Source: Azolla caroliniana
Lineage: Eukaryota > Plantae > Polypodiophyta
Assembly: GCA_043228905.1 (NCBI GenBank)
Contig: JBHGNT010000015.1
Span: 13,330,001-13,394,000, forward strand
DNA: 64,000 nucleotides
Direction: 5' to 3'
A program made the position numbers and the translations under genes. Position 1 is the first letter of the stretch. Each line of letters opens with the position of its first letter. The notes under the pieces were generated by a model. That model was not told the origin of the DNA. It saw only the letters and a program-made list of their open reading frames with translations, and ran no database searches. This document shows, piece after piece, positions 21,892 to 34,374 of the stretch.

Positions 21892-24800
21892 ACGTTCCCA
21901 TTTTGTTGGTTTTGCACCAACGTATGCTCGAAGCATGTCCTCAATAATTTGATTTACTCGTTCTGTCTGTCCATCGAATTGAGGATGATCCGTGGAGCTC
22001 ATGCTCAACGTAGTTTCTAACTTCTTAAAGACTTGTGTCCAGAAGTCACTAGTAAACTTTGGATCTCGATCACTCACGATATCCATCGGTAACCCATAAA
22101 AACGAAACAATTCGTCCACGAATTGGTAAGCCAATTCAGGAGCTGTTACCGTGGTTTTAGTAGCAATAAATCTAGCCATTTTAGTTAGTCGATCAACGAC
22201 AACCCAGATGGCATCATGACCTTTTTGGGTGCGAGGAAGGCTAACAATAAAATCCATGGATATACTTTCCCACTTATTATTGGGAATGTCCAAGGGATGT
22301 AAAAGTCCTGCGGCTTTAAGTCGCTCGGCTTTGTTAACCTGACACTGGAGACATTTAGTCACATAGCTATGTATGTCAGGACGCATCTTAGGCCAATAAA
22401 ATTGAGTGGAGATGAGAACGAGTGTACGATGTATTCCAGGGTGCCCTGCTGAGGGTGCATCATGGCATTCAAAAAGAATCCTCTTTTTGACCTCGGGTAA
22501 ATCTGGAACACAAACCTTCCCATTACGGTAGAGCAAACCGTTAGCAATGTGGAAGTATTCCTTCAAGGATGTGGTGGTGTCTGTTCCAGACTCAACTCTT
22601 GCCCAGTATTTTGCGAAATAACTGTCATCACGATACTTTCCTCGAAGGTGATCATAAAGATCTGATGATATTTCAGTGAAGCTAAGCGTGTTAACTTCAC
22701 GAATGCGACTTAGTGCATCAGCGACAATGTTCATGGAACCTTTACGATATCGTATGGAAAAATCAAAGTCCTGGATGAGATCAGCCCATCGTGCCTTACG
22801 ACCTTTCAGGTCTTGTTGGTCACAAAAATATTTCAAGGACTCGTGGTCCATAGTTACCACAAAGTGATTTCCATAAAGATAATGGCGCCATGTTTTGAGC
22901 GCATGTATAACTGCAAATAATTCCTTTTCTTGAACGGTATACCAACATTGAGCAGAATCAAGTTTCTTACTCTCGAACGCTATTGGTTTACCATCTTGAT
23001 ATAAGACAACACCTATAGCATAATCGCTTGCATCAGTTTCAACCTCAAAAGGTTTTGAAGGATCAGGTAAAAGAAGTGAAGGAGCCTTGCAAACCAGGTC
23101 CTTGAGTTCCTTAAAGGCGAGGTCTAGTGTACCATTCCACACAATAGGTTTTGTAGACTTACGCGTTTGACCTTTTAAAAGATCAGTAAACGGCGTCGTT
23201 AATTGGGAGTAATTACGAAGAGACTTTCGCAAAAACCCGACAAAACCAAGGAATGATCGAACTTCTCGAATATTCCGAAGAGTGGGCCAAAGCTTGATTT
23301 TCTCAATGCGAGAAGGATCAATTTCAACTCCTCGTTCGGTTATGAGATGTCCTAGATAAGTAATTGATTTCTTGAAGAACTCACATTTTGAGATCTTTGC
23401 ATAAAACTGTTTGTCACGCAATGTTTGTAAAACAAAGCGGACATGTCTAGCATGTTCTTGTAATGTACGGCTATAAACTAAAATATCATCCAAGAAAATA
23501 ACGACAAATTTTCCAAGTTGTTCTCGGAAAATGTCATTCATTTCTTGTTGAAAAGTAGCCGGAGCATTGGTCAAACTAAAAGACATAACCAAAAACTCGT
23601 AATGGCCATAGCGCGTAGGAAATGCCGTTTTAGGAACATCGTCCTCACTTATTCGTATTTGATGGTAGCCAGTACGGAGATCAAGTTTCGTAAAATACCG
23701 AGCTCCTTGGAGACGGTCAATTAGATCGTCAGCCCGGGGCAATGGGTACGAATTCTTGATCGTCACTTTATTCAAGCGTCGGTAATTAATACACATACGC
23801 CATGTGCCCTCTTTCTTTTTAACCAAGAGAACTGGTGCACCCCATGGAGATTTACTATAACGTATATAACCCATTCGTAAATAGTCCTTGAGTTGCTTAG
23901 ATACCTCATCTTCTTCGGATCGACTTAAGCGATACGGAAGTATACTTATTGGTGCAACACCAGGTACAATATCTATACGATGGTCTATATTACGTTTAGG
24001 AGGTAACCCATCAGGTAGTTCACTTGGAAAAACATCATGAAAATCATTTAAGATTTCATCAAGTTGTTGTTGTTCAAAATATGATAATTGAATCGGGACA
24101 TTATCGATATTGTAAACGTGAATGTCCGGATCAAGTACACAATAAAATAATGTAGAACAAGACAACTCGGATATTGATGGACACGAGGAAACAATCGAGA
24201 GGGATTGTTTTTTTACACATTGAATAAATTGCGTACAATCGTTCAGTACAAAAGAAATGGAATGGTGAACCCAATCAATAAATAAAGAAGAGTTTTTATT
24301 ATAAAACCAGGGATAACCCAGTATTACATCGGTAGTACAAAGATTCATTACATGGAAGTCTACTTCCTCTATATAAGTATCAATAGAAATTCCTAATGAA
24401 TGAATCGCCCCATTGATGTATTGTACTCTTCCATCAGCCAAGTGCACCGTGTAGGTGTGATCACTTACGGTGGGTTGGATTCCCCATATCTGAACCAAAC
24501 GATTATTCACAAAATTGTGTGAGCTTCCCGAATCAAATAAAAATTGTACGGGAGATCCATTGATATACCCGTTTGCACGTAGTAAATCATTGGGACCCAA
24601 TACATAGTGAGGGAAAGAACATTGACAATTACTTAAATGATGTGTATAGACCTGAAGGACATTAGGAATCTGACCTTTATGGTCTGCAGCTTTAGCTTTG
24701 TTGTCGTGCTCTTTCCGTTGGAGCTTTCGACATTGATCTTTTGTATGACCCTTCTTTTTGCAGAATACACAAAAAGGATGTTGTCGCTTACAATCACGAT

Positions 24801-25608
24801 CTAGGAATTCGTTGGGTGTCATGCATTTCCCAACAAATTGTGACTGCTTAGTCCCGGGCGCTTCGTTGGGTTTGTTATGGTCCTTCTTCGAAGTGCGTTG
24901 ATAGAGAAGAACTATTTCAATGGCCTCTTCGAAGGATTTTGGATCCTTATCGTGCACTATCCAGTGATAGTCCGAATTGGGGATGCCATTGACAAAACAA
25001 GCTATCAACCAATTGTCCCCTTCTAGACCCGATTTTTGGATTTGGGTTCTAGCATGGTGAACATAGTCTTCTAGCGAGGAAAATTTCCTGCTAGAGAGGT
25101 TCATTAAAGCTTGTGCTGCCTCGGTTCGAGAGGGAGGTTGCAGAAATTGGCCCTTAAAAACCGTGACAAAATCTGTCCAGGTATCGGGCAATTTCCCCAT
25201 AGTACGGAGCCCACGCCACTAGGCGGCGGCATTACCCCCGAGTTCTCGGCCGACATATGCAATCTTCGTACTATCTAGTGTGGGATAGAGCTCAAAATGA
25301 GACTCCCATCGTCCCAGCCATGTGCAGATTGCTTCTTCGGTTCTTTCCTTGTTGTCTCCCGTAAATGGCTTAACGAAAAATGATGGTTCACCTTGTCGCT
25401 CATCAGGTCTATTAGTCTCACATTGTAGACTAATGACACGTGCCTCAAGAGCACTCTAAGATTGCCGAAGTTCGGTCATCTGTTGAGCGGTGAAACTAAG
25501 GTATTGGGTTATTTGTGCCAAATACATCTCAGTGGACATTTGTCCAGGAGGATTCCCTTGAGGTCCTTCCGCTTGAGCGGATGACATGGGGTCGTTAATT
25601 TGAGCCAT
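21892..25608 (-). pseudogene. gag-pol polyprotein of chromovirus B (N-terminal part)
   Basis: ATG at 25608 is in frame with ORF 21859-25200, with a TAG at 25219-25221. CCHC knuckle, LFDSGS protease, FLDD RT, TDASD RNase H, HHCC integrase. Confidence 0.92.
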
Positions 25609-27292
25609 TAAAGATTATTTCTGGAAAAGAAATAGGACAAGGTCAGAGATATAGTCATAACATCATGTCGTGATGTAAACATATCATGGGCGAGCATTAA
25701 TCGATATCATTATCTCACGTCAATACCCCTCTAGACGTATGAGATGAGGTTCAAGATCAGGTTACTATGGTAACACAAAGGTGTTTTAAAAACCATGGGG
25801 GTGACAAATAAATTTCTTTCCCTGATCTCTATATCGATTTTTTCATGGTGGCTCCCCGAGGCTCAACCATGTATGTTCGCGTCATGAATTGTTTATACAC
25901 AAAAAAAATGTTAATAATAAACTATGTTTCGGTGCCCACATATGTGGTTTCGGCTCTTTAAGTCCTATTACGAGGACCCCGAGGTGCACTTAGACCTTAA
26001 GTCTAAACATGTGTTATAGCCATATGTATCAAGGATGTTGTATGGTCTTGGTCATATTTGAACTCGAGACCTCGAGAACAAATACATTAAACACTTGAGC
26101 CAACCAAGTAAGTTGCTCTTCTCGAATGCTTAATGTTTGATGCGTATAAGAGATATGTGAGGCAATTGATCATATATGTTTTTTTTTAAAAGAACATATA
26201 TGTCAAGGGTCCTTATTTCGCCCTCATTTACCAAAACTATGTTGGTACGTTACCTAACCTCAAGTCTCGTAATTACGATGGCATACGCCAAAGTGCAACC
26301 TAATGGTCAAGCCAAATGAGCCCTTGTTTCGTAGTAGGCTCACGTGGGCCATCACATGGTCACGTCATTACGAATGCCTCTCGTAAGAACGAACTCATGG
26401 TGGCATCGTATCCATGTAACGAGGGAGGGATGTTGGATACGTGCGTCATTGGAGCGACCTCACTTGAAGTGGGTCAAGCCCTACGTACTCAACATCATTT
26501 TGGCTATTGGCGTTTCTTTACGTAACGAAATCGAGGTCGTCAACGGGGTTATCAACAATAAAAAAATGTTGAAAAAGGGATGGTGACAACGCCATTCTCA
26601 CAAAAATGTGAGGACGGCCACCAACATCCTTTTCCCGACAAGGACAACTTTCGATATAATCACGTAATAACGAATATACACATATGTTTACTTATCACAT
26701 ATATACAATCAAATACGTATATATGTGACCACATATGCCTATATTAAACATATCGTTATATTAAATAGCCACAAATGATGTGATCGAGATACGTAATCGA
26801 GGTATATACCTCTACGCACACGAAACATCCACCAATAAGAGATCATCGAAATACGCAATTGAGGTATTGACCTCTTACGCATACGAGACCAACCGCATAT
26901 CGTTTACAACAAATCAACAACTCATATGCAAACGTAACATATGTTCGTGAACGTAATACGTAATTGAGGTATTAACCTCGTACGCATACGACACTCATCA
27001 CATATTATTAATATGTCAAACGAGGTATTGACCTCGTGCACATATGTAAATGTTTTAGATAATCAATTAAAGACCACTACAACATCATTGACTTAATGAA
27101 AAAAATTACATATAAACTAAACACATGATTAGATGGGAGAAGAGAGAATAGAAAGAAAAATTATGGAAAGAGTTACCAAAGTTCTTTGTTGATCGTTGTC
27201 TGGATCAAGGCCGACCGCACATTGATCGATCAGCATCAATCAAAAGACAAATGAAAAACAAAGAAACATTAGTACGTAAATCTGATACCAAA

Positions 27293-27747
27293 TATTATAG
27301 ATCTAAGTACTAAAGTAAGCTTAAGATAAGGATAAAGTAATAATAGATAGAAAGGAGAAAGAGAAAGAAGGGTGTCGATCCACCCGACCACCCCCGAGCG
27401 AAGGGATCGAGACGGACTCGAGCCTCGATCGGCGTCCCATACCACTGCCGTGGTGTCGAGTCGTACCTGGTGCTGGCGCGCTCGCTACAAGAGTTGACCC
27501 ACCACACGAGCAGAGTCTCGATGTAGTCAAAAGATGATCAAATGAGGGTAGCTAGGCCTCTTATTTATAGCGATACCCAAGGCCCCCAGGCAAGTTCACA
27601 CTTGACCTAATGGGTTGTCTCAATCCCGAGGATTAAAAGTAATCCTCCCCTTCTTTACACTCTCGTTTAACCCTCACACTTATCCACGTGTATAGAATAC
27701 TACGGTAAATTCTTACCACAGGATATTATATGGTCATGCCCATAACA
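27293..27747 (-). repeat. 5' LTR of element B
   Basis: Adjacent to the iMet PBS and flanked by TSD ACGGC. Confidence 0.95.
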
Positions 27748-27752
27748 ACGGC

Positions 27753-29842
27753 CCCTGAAGAGCCCACTCCACCGACCGGTGCAACAGGAAACGGACACCC
27801 TGGCGGCAAGAATGAATGTCGGGACTCAAGTGGAAGAAATGGAGGAAGAACCCACGGAGCACCTCCAGCGGCGGTCGGTGAAGAGCATCGTTGAATCAGT
27901 CGGGAAGCATTCAGACCCACAGAAGGATGGAACACTTGCAACTCACGCTGAGCATCCCACGCCAAGGGACGTACCGGAACCAGTTCGAAGGGAACCGGTC
28001 ACAGAAGTCCCTGCACAACAGGCAGCACCGGCAAGCCCCATAACTCAAGAGCTGGATATACAAAGGCCAACCTTCCCAGCCAGCCAAGAACAAGCAGACA
28101 AGGGGCGACTAGCCGAAACACACTCAAAGCCGAAACGGCAAAGTGGTCAGCTGGCAGAACCGGAATCGCAGCTCGACGCAGTGAGGTGGGACCAGCCACC
28201 GGCGAGTGAACCCATCAGCCAACTCTCCCTGCAAGCGCAACAACAGTGCACCGGCAGCCAATGGCTCCGGTGAATAGGGGAACAAATTGCCGGAGTAGTC
28301 TGATGCATAGAGGCGGAGGAAAGAGCGCAAACGGAACGGTTGCTCGTCACAACCGATGAACTGGAAACGGCCCGGTCAAGGATCCGGTGCCTCGAACAAG
28401 ACTTGGATCGGATTACTGAAGACATGGCCAAAATGGCCCTAACCGTGACACAGATTCAAGCACCGGTGACTCCGGTTGATGTACAGAGGAATAAGACCCC
28501 GGAGACACAAACTGTCCCGGAGAAAGATGCGGCGCAAGCCCAAGAGCTTGCGGAATTATGAGATGAGCTCGCCGCACAAGAAGCATTACGGAGCCGCGAA
28601 CGCGACTTGAAGAAGGCGGCCGAAGAAGAATTAAAAAAGACTACTGAGAACCTTCGCCGGGCAGAGGAAAACCTGCGTAAAGGACATCATGCTTACGACC
28701 GGCTGAAGGAGGAAAAAGAGAAATTGCTGCAGGAAAAAGACAAGCTGCGACGAATGGCAGAGACGGAAATCGAGAGGCTGAAGGAAGAGCTCCGTCAACA
28801 GAAGGACCAGGAGGACCGCGCGCGCCGGCAAATCAACCAGAGGCTGAAGAAGAAGACCGATGATTTCGATCATCTGCATCGGGACTACAAGCAGCTGGAG
28901 ACGGAGTATAAGCAACAGCATGAACGGATGGCCGAGCTCCGGCAAGAAGTTGATAGGGCCACAACGGCACTCACCGAAGAATGAGCGGAAAGTTCTAGGC
29001 TATTGGAGGAAGCGGTGAATGACCAGATGGAGCTCCACAAACAGAACCATGAAGACAAGGAAAGAGCAACAATGGTATTACAGAGGTTGCAAACAACCTA
29101 TCAAAATCAATTGTCACATTAGAGGGAGCAGGAGGCGGACACGGTTCGGATCATCAAGCAATTGAAGGAAGAGCGACAAGCCGCAGAAAATAAATCACAG
29201 ATGGGAGCCGAACGGATCCAGTGCATCCTTCGGTCATGGCTCACTAAGACCAAAACCTTGATTGACGACAGCTCTGTGCGTTGGTGGGCGAAATGGGCGC
29301 AGAATACGGCGGAACTCCAATTGCTTAGGGCGGACGTGGAAAACCGGCGAAAGGAGGGCGACGACTGTTATACGCTGACCTCGGAGGACTTCACCACCAT
29401 AAGGGATGAGTTGGCCGAAGATTTCACAGCCCTGGTGGATGAACAACTGGTACAGGTCTGGCAACTCGTAGCTCAACTGGACGACAATCGGCTGGAGGCT
29501 CAAATCCAGTTCGAGAGCTATGAGCGATCCCGGCTGCGGGAAGAAAAAGCGAGAAAGGCGGCAACGGTCAACCTTAGTGATGAGGAACCGTCGTCGGTGC
29601 AGGGACCAGACGGGGACCAGGTCGGGGTCAGTCAGCCACAAACAACTCCGACGGAGGAACCAACGAAGGAAACGCCGGTGCCAGAGCAACAAACGGAGCC
29701 GCAAACCCAAACGGAGAAGGCATAAACGGAGCAGCAACCACAGCCACAAACGGAACAACAACAACAACAACAACAATAGATTCCCAACGAGCCATTGGAA
29801 ATTTTGGAGCAAAGCATTCTGGACATTTTGGACGAAGCGTAA
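27753..29842 (+). pseudogene. Extra 3' ORF of element A, C-terminal part (low complexity, long coiled coil, Q/E/P tail)
   Basis: ORFs starting at 27779, 28340, 28607 and 29162 share one frame and are separated only by stop codons. E/K/R/L/Q-rich. Confidence 0.78.
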
Positions 29843-29896
29843 AAGGGCCGGATAATGGGTTCGACGTACAAGGTACTATCCCACAAGCGTGCCATG

Positions 29897-30358
29897 TGTT
29901 ACCGGCTGGCAAGAAGGCTTAAGGAGGTCCAAATCAGAGTGTGAAAAGGAATAGTTTATTCGGGAACTGTTGTAATTAGTAATCTTAATATAGATATTAA
30001 TATATGAGAAGATGTGGACGAACGGACCGAAATCAATATGCCGATCCGGATCCGGACCGATCCTGAAAAGGTGCCGGTTGGCACCGTTTTGTATTTCGCA
30101 TTGGAGACCTATATAAAGGCCCGGTTATAATGTAATCAGAAGCGGATAATTAATAGAGCTTATTGTCTTAATCTTCCAGTGTTGATTATCGTTTTGTATT
30201 CATTGTTATATCCTACACGTGTTAATTACGGATTGCTAAGTAACCAATTAAGGTCTAATTAAACGTTGTGTCGTAAGTCATTCTGCCATACCACCCTTTG
30301 GTGAAGTGTCTTAAGTGGACACCCTGTGTTAGGCTGTTGTCCGGCCCTAGGATTAACA
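29897..30358 (+). repeat. 3' LTR of element A
   Basis: Direct repeat of 8822-9274 followed by TSD TGGTG. Confidence 0.92.
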
Positions 30359-31782
30359 TGGTGGATTCAAAGAAGGGGTTCAACAAACCCGCACGTCCTT
30401 TGTTCGAATGGAGGACGAAGTGGCTCGAGAACACTCCTTTGATTCGAATCATCGTAGTCATGGGAGGTAGTCATGGTCTTGGCGGCCCACTTGACTCACA
30501 CCTTCATCGGAAACTCAGCAAACTGCCCAACTTTCATTCCATTTAAACTTAATGGTTATCTTTTAATCATTCATTGTATCTCTTTTTCATATCTATTCAT
30601 TGTGGACATTTTGTAAACTCTATTTTATAAAGGGAATTTCTTTCTTAATCTATCGTTTTTCGGCCTACAAAGTGGCCATTTTTTCTTTAAATAGTATGGA
30701 AACCCTTCATAATCTCATGTTCTTTGTGTCAACCTCATATTTTGAACCTAACCTGTCAAATAGGTGGTGCCTAATGGCTTATGCGGAAGTGTGTATGGAT
30801 CTTGGTGTGGAGTGGGCAAACGTAGAGTAAGTGTGAGATGGTGTGATCTACCTATGCTTCGAGTTAGTTATTTAATATACACTGAAATACAGGGAGTAGT
30901 TATGCACATAGATACATAGAGATATGTTTATAGCAAAGAGGGTTTTTTGCATTATTCAACCTCACTTTGTAAATGGAGGAATCCCTCCTATTTATACATG
31001 AGAGGGCTTGCTTAGCCCTAACACCAGGAGTGTACACACTAAGACATACAATGGTAGGAGTGGGACTTTTAGGTCAACACCTCGCACATTAATTATCGTT
31101 CATCTCATCGCTCCCTTTGAGTCTAACGAGCCTTCGACTTTGTCGTTCCTTCGATTGTGAAGAGCCCTTGACCCTGAAGAGCCTTCGAGTCTCCGAACGT
31201 ATGTGCCCTCGCTAATCCAAGACCCTTGTGGTCCTGCCTCGAGTAGTGCATGCATGCACATTTACTCGACAAACGTAGGCAAGAGCATATATCAATATGA
31301 CGAAGTGCTTCAAGTTCTAGGCAACTTCACTTTTCTTTTTGGTCCCTCCATGAGTATAATAAGATTACAAGTTCGAGGGAGTGACTCTGGTTCCAATGGA
31401 TGGATGAACTCGATGGGCCCACTTACCGTTTGGGTTGGGTAGTGTAGGGCAAGGTAGAGTGAGGGAGGGTGCATCGAGGAGTCAGCGAGTGAGTGCCTTT
31501 GGGTTCGAGGACGCCGGGAAAGTGAAGGGAAGAGAAGAGCGAGCAACTGACAAGTCAGTCCGAGAAAGAAAGAATCGGCCAGAAAAGAAGAAAGGATAAA
31601 GAAGAAGAAGAAGAAGCAACAGCGGCAATAGAAAGAAGCACACTAGGTAATATACTCGAATGCATTGGCAAACATTGTTTTTTCATACGAACGAAAACGA
31701 ATGAGTATGTTATCGAAACATTCTTATGTTTTGTTTTTTTAACACTTTTGGCCTTTAACTTCACTTAAACCTTTAAAAAAAA

Positions 31783-31947
31783 AAAATTACCTTGTAATAA
31801 ATAACGAATACAAAAGTACGGTATTTACCATACTTCGAAAATTACCTTATAATAAATAACGAATACAAAAGTACGGTATTTACCATACTTCGAAAATTAC
31901 CTTATAATAAATAACGAATACAAAAGTACGGTATTTACCATACTCCG
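31783..31947. repeat. 55-bp tandem repeat x3 just upstream of the MYB gene
   Basis: ataacgaata recurs at 31801, 31856 and 31911; the units are near-identical. Confidence 0.92.
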
Positions 31948-32002
31948 ACGGTGTTTACCATACACGAAGGATTGGAAAACATTCGCGAATGCGAATGCGC
32001 GT

Positions 32003-34374
32003 ATGGTTCATACTATGGTGGAAGAAAGAAAGAAAGAAGAAAGAGAGACTTTCGGCGATGGCGGCGGCGAGAGGGAAGAAAAAAAAAAAGAAAGCAGAGT
32101 TTTTTGTTTTGACAATTCTGGAGGTCCATCCCAGACATGGCTGCAGTCCCCACCTCCGGCTATGCCCAGAATACGCCACATGCCTCCTTCTTCTTCTTCC
32201 TCCTCCTCCTCCTCCTCCTCTCTGTGCTGCATCGATCAAGATGATCCATCCTCCTCCGCCTCTGCCCCTGCCCCTGCTTGGAATCCAAGAGAAAACAAGG
32301 TTTTCGAGCTCGCTTTGGCCCGACACGATCTGGTCTCGCCCCATCACCGCCTCCCTCACCTCTGGGAGACCATCGCTGCTTCCTTTGGACGATCCCCTGC
32401 CTCCCTTATATCCCACTTCCATTCCCTGATCGAAGATGTCCGAGCCATCGAGGAGGGTCTCATCTCTCTGCCATCTTACCCCTCACATGGACATGGACAT
32501 GGACATGAACCCGTCCCTACCAAAGGATGCTCCGCATCCAATTCTTCTTCCCCCGGTCTCAAAAAGCGGAAAGGAACCCCATGGACCGACGAAGAACACA
32601 AGTAAGTGCATCTTCCTTCATGGAATCCTTTTCTTTGTTTTCTTACGCCACAAATGCATCTCTTTATTGCGATGTAACAAAATGACTTCTCTGGCTATTA
32701 TGGAACATATGACGAGCAAAAAACGCCTGATTTCCCTAGGGCATCACAGAAACGCTAATGCAAAGAGATTTTCCAATCCAAGAAATTCTGTGCATGATCG
32801 GATCACTCATGTTGAGATATCATATGACATATTGTCATATGTATTCCTTTTCTGGGGATGAAAATCTGTATATACTTCATCCCATTCCATACATATGTAC
32901 TAACAAGCCTCAATGATGGTCTAGTTTTGTACTAACAATTGTTTGATGATTGCCAGATTGCTACTTGATGTGATGATATTCTATCAGACATTGCAAAGGG
33001 ATGCGTTTCTAAAGATATTTATAATAATCAAGAAATGTCTCATGGTGCCTTAGTATAGTAGTAGTTAAATCATTGAAAAATTGGTTTCCGAGGCAAGCTA
33101 TTTCTTGTCTACATGCGGATAACCATTAGTGTGTGTGTGATATGAGGAGATTGCATGTGTGTGTGTGTGTGCAATCTCTTTACCATAACAAGACTTCGTT
33201 TCTCTATTTGATCAAACTTATTTAATGACCATTGAACCAGTGTCAATAGTCAATAGGTACATGTTTAGAGATGGTTAAAAGAGAATCAAATCATTCCTCA
33301 AATTGTGGTTTTGATTAGGAATCTGCACCGGCTCAGCCCAAACCGTTCAACCATTTTTAAACAATTTGGCAGTTTAGCGGTTTAGAGGTTCGGTTCAGTT
33401 CAGTTTAGGCTTGAGCTTTCTTAACTGGTTTGATCTCGGTTTGGGATGGGTCAAGCCGAACCCAACCATTTTGGGCCAAAACGGTTTCGGTTTAGATAAA
33501 CCATTTCCTAAATCGGTTTAGCCAAACTGGTTTAGGAGCTGGGTCAGTTCAAGTTTGAAATCTCCCAAACTGGTTTACGCTTAACCAGTTTGGTTTGGAC
33601 TAGGCCAAACCGGTTAAGACAAAACTGAACCGTTGCCGATTCCTAATTCTGATCAGTCTGACTATTTGCATACACATACACGACTTATAAACCCGTGTTT
33701 TTTTGGTCTATTTGAGGTATATGTATATGTGGAGACTATATTTGTATCCATGGAAACAATTCAAGGTTCCATATCTACAAAACAAGTTTGTCTATTTTGA
33801 CTATTTACTGTCTATTCATCAGAGTCAATGAAATTTCTTGTAGGTTTGGATGTGTTATCATTCCTTGACCATTTTATATGAGTGAAGGCCGTTTGACCTA
33901 TCGATAATGAAGTAGTATTTGCTCATGTTCTAAGGTCCCATTCTTTTTTCATTTTTTTCCAGATCCTTTTTACTCGGACTAGCGAAGTTTGGTAGAGGTG
34001 ATTGGAGAAGTATTTCTCGGAACTTTGTTAGGACGCGAACACCAACACAGGTAGCAAGCCATGCCCAAAAATACTACATCAGATTGGATTCAATGAAAAA
34101 GGAGAGATCTAGTATCCACAATATAAGAAGCAAAGGTGGAAATACAATACAAGCTTGGCGAGATCCAATCCCAGGGCAAGAGATAGAGGGTATTGGAGAG
34201 GTCTCATCATTTACGGTGATGGGGTCGACAAAGCACGAAGTGTTAGTGCCTCTTACAAAAATTCACAGTGGTTTTGTCCCATGCAACCCCTTGCCAAATA
34301 GGCCTGATATTGATCCAGTAGTTGACACTTCATTTGGCACTTATTCGTCAGGCCATAATACACCGCCTTTGTGA
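32003..34374 (+). CDS. DIVARICATA-like R-R-type MYB transcription factor; exons 32003-32601 and 33963-34374 (~336 aa)
   Basis: First SANT domain [14 protein letters not shown]...[18 protein letters not shown]. Second MYB domain [12 protein letters not shown]|[38 protein letters not shown], split by a GTAAGT...TTCCAG intron (32602-33962). Start codon uncertain. Confidence 0.93.
33316..33645. mobile_element. hAT-like MITE in the MYB intron
   Basis: Imperfect ~21-bp TIRs (taggaatctgcaccggctcag / ctgaaccgttgccgattccta), degenerate 8-bp TSD (gttttgat / attctgat), dense AACCG/CGGTT motifs. Confidence 0.75.

Larger units (their letters stand above)
13459..27747 (-). mobile_element. Chromovirus (Ty3/Gypsy) element B, full length, interrupted by C
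   Basis: 455-bp LTRs 13459-13913 and 27293-27747 (about 7 differences). TSD ACGGC. iMet PBS TGGTATCAGA at 27281-27290; PPT at 13914-13927. Domain order gag-PR-RT-RH-INT-chromodomain. Confidence 0.95.
8822..30358 (+). mobile_element. Non-autonomous non-chromovirus Gypsy element A (Athila/Tat/Ogre-like organisation) containing B and C
   Basis: LTRs 8822-9274 and 29897-30358 (tgttaccgg...aaca). 5-bp TSD TGGTG at 8817-8821 and 30359-30363. PBS TGGCGACCAC (tRNA-Arg-type) at ~9280. Encodes only an integrase core and an extra ORF. Confidence 0.92.

Noticed and set aside
30364-31700. Possible gene or LTR between element A and the MYB gene
   Set aside because: Only weak LTR-like words (cctatttatac) and short ORFs; no boundaries or domains could be supported.
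31783-31947. 55-bp repeats as a CRISPR array
   Set aside because: No spacers and no cas genes; a simple tandem repeat.
31955-32861. Overlapping alternative ORFs around MYB exon 1
   Set aside because: Shadow frames of a low-complexity exon; only the 32003 frame gives MYB domains and splices correctly.
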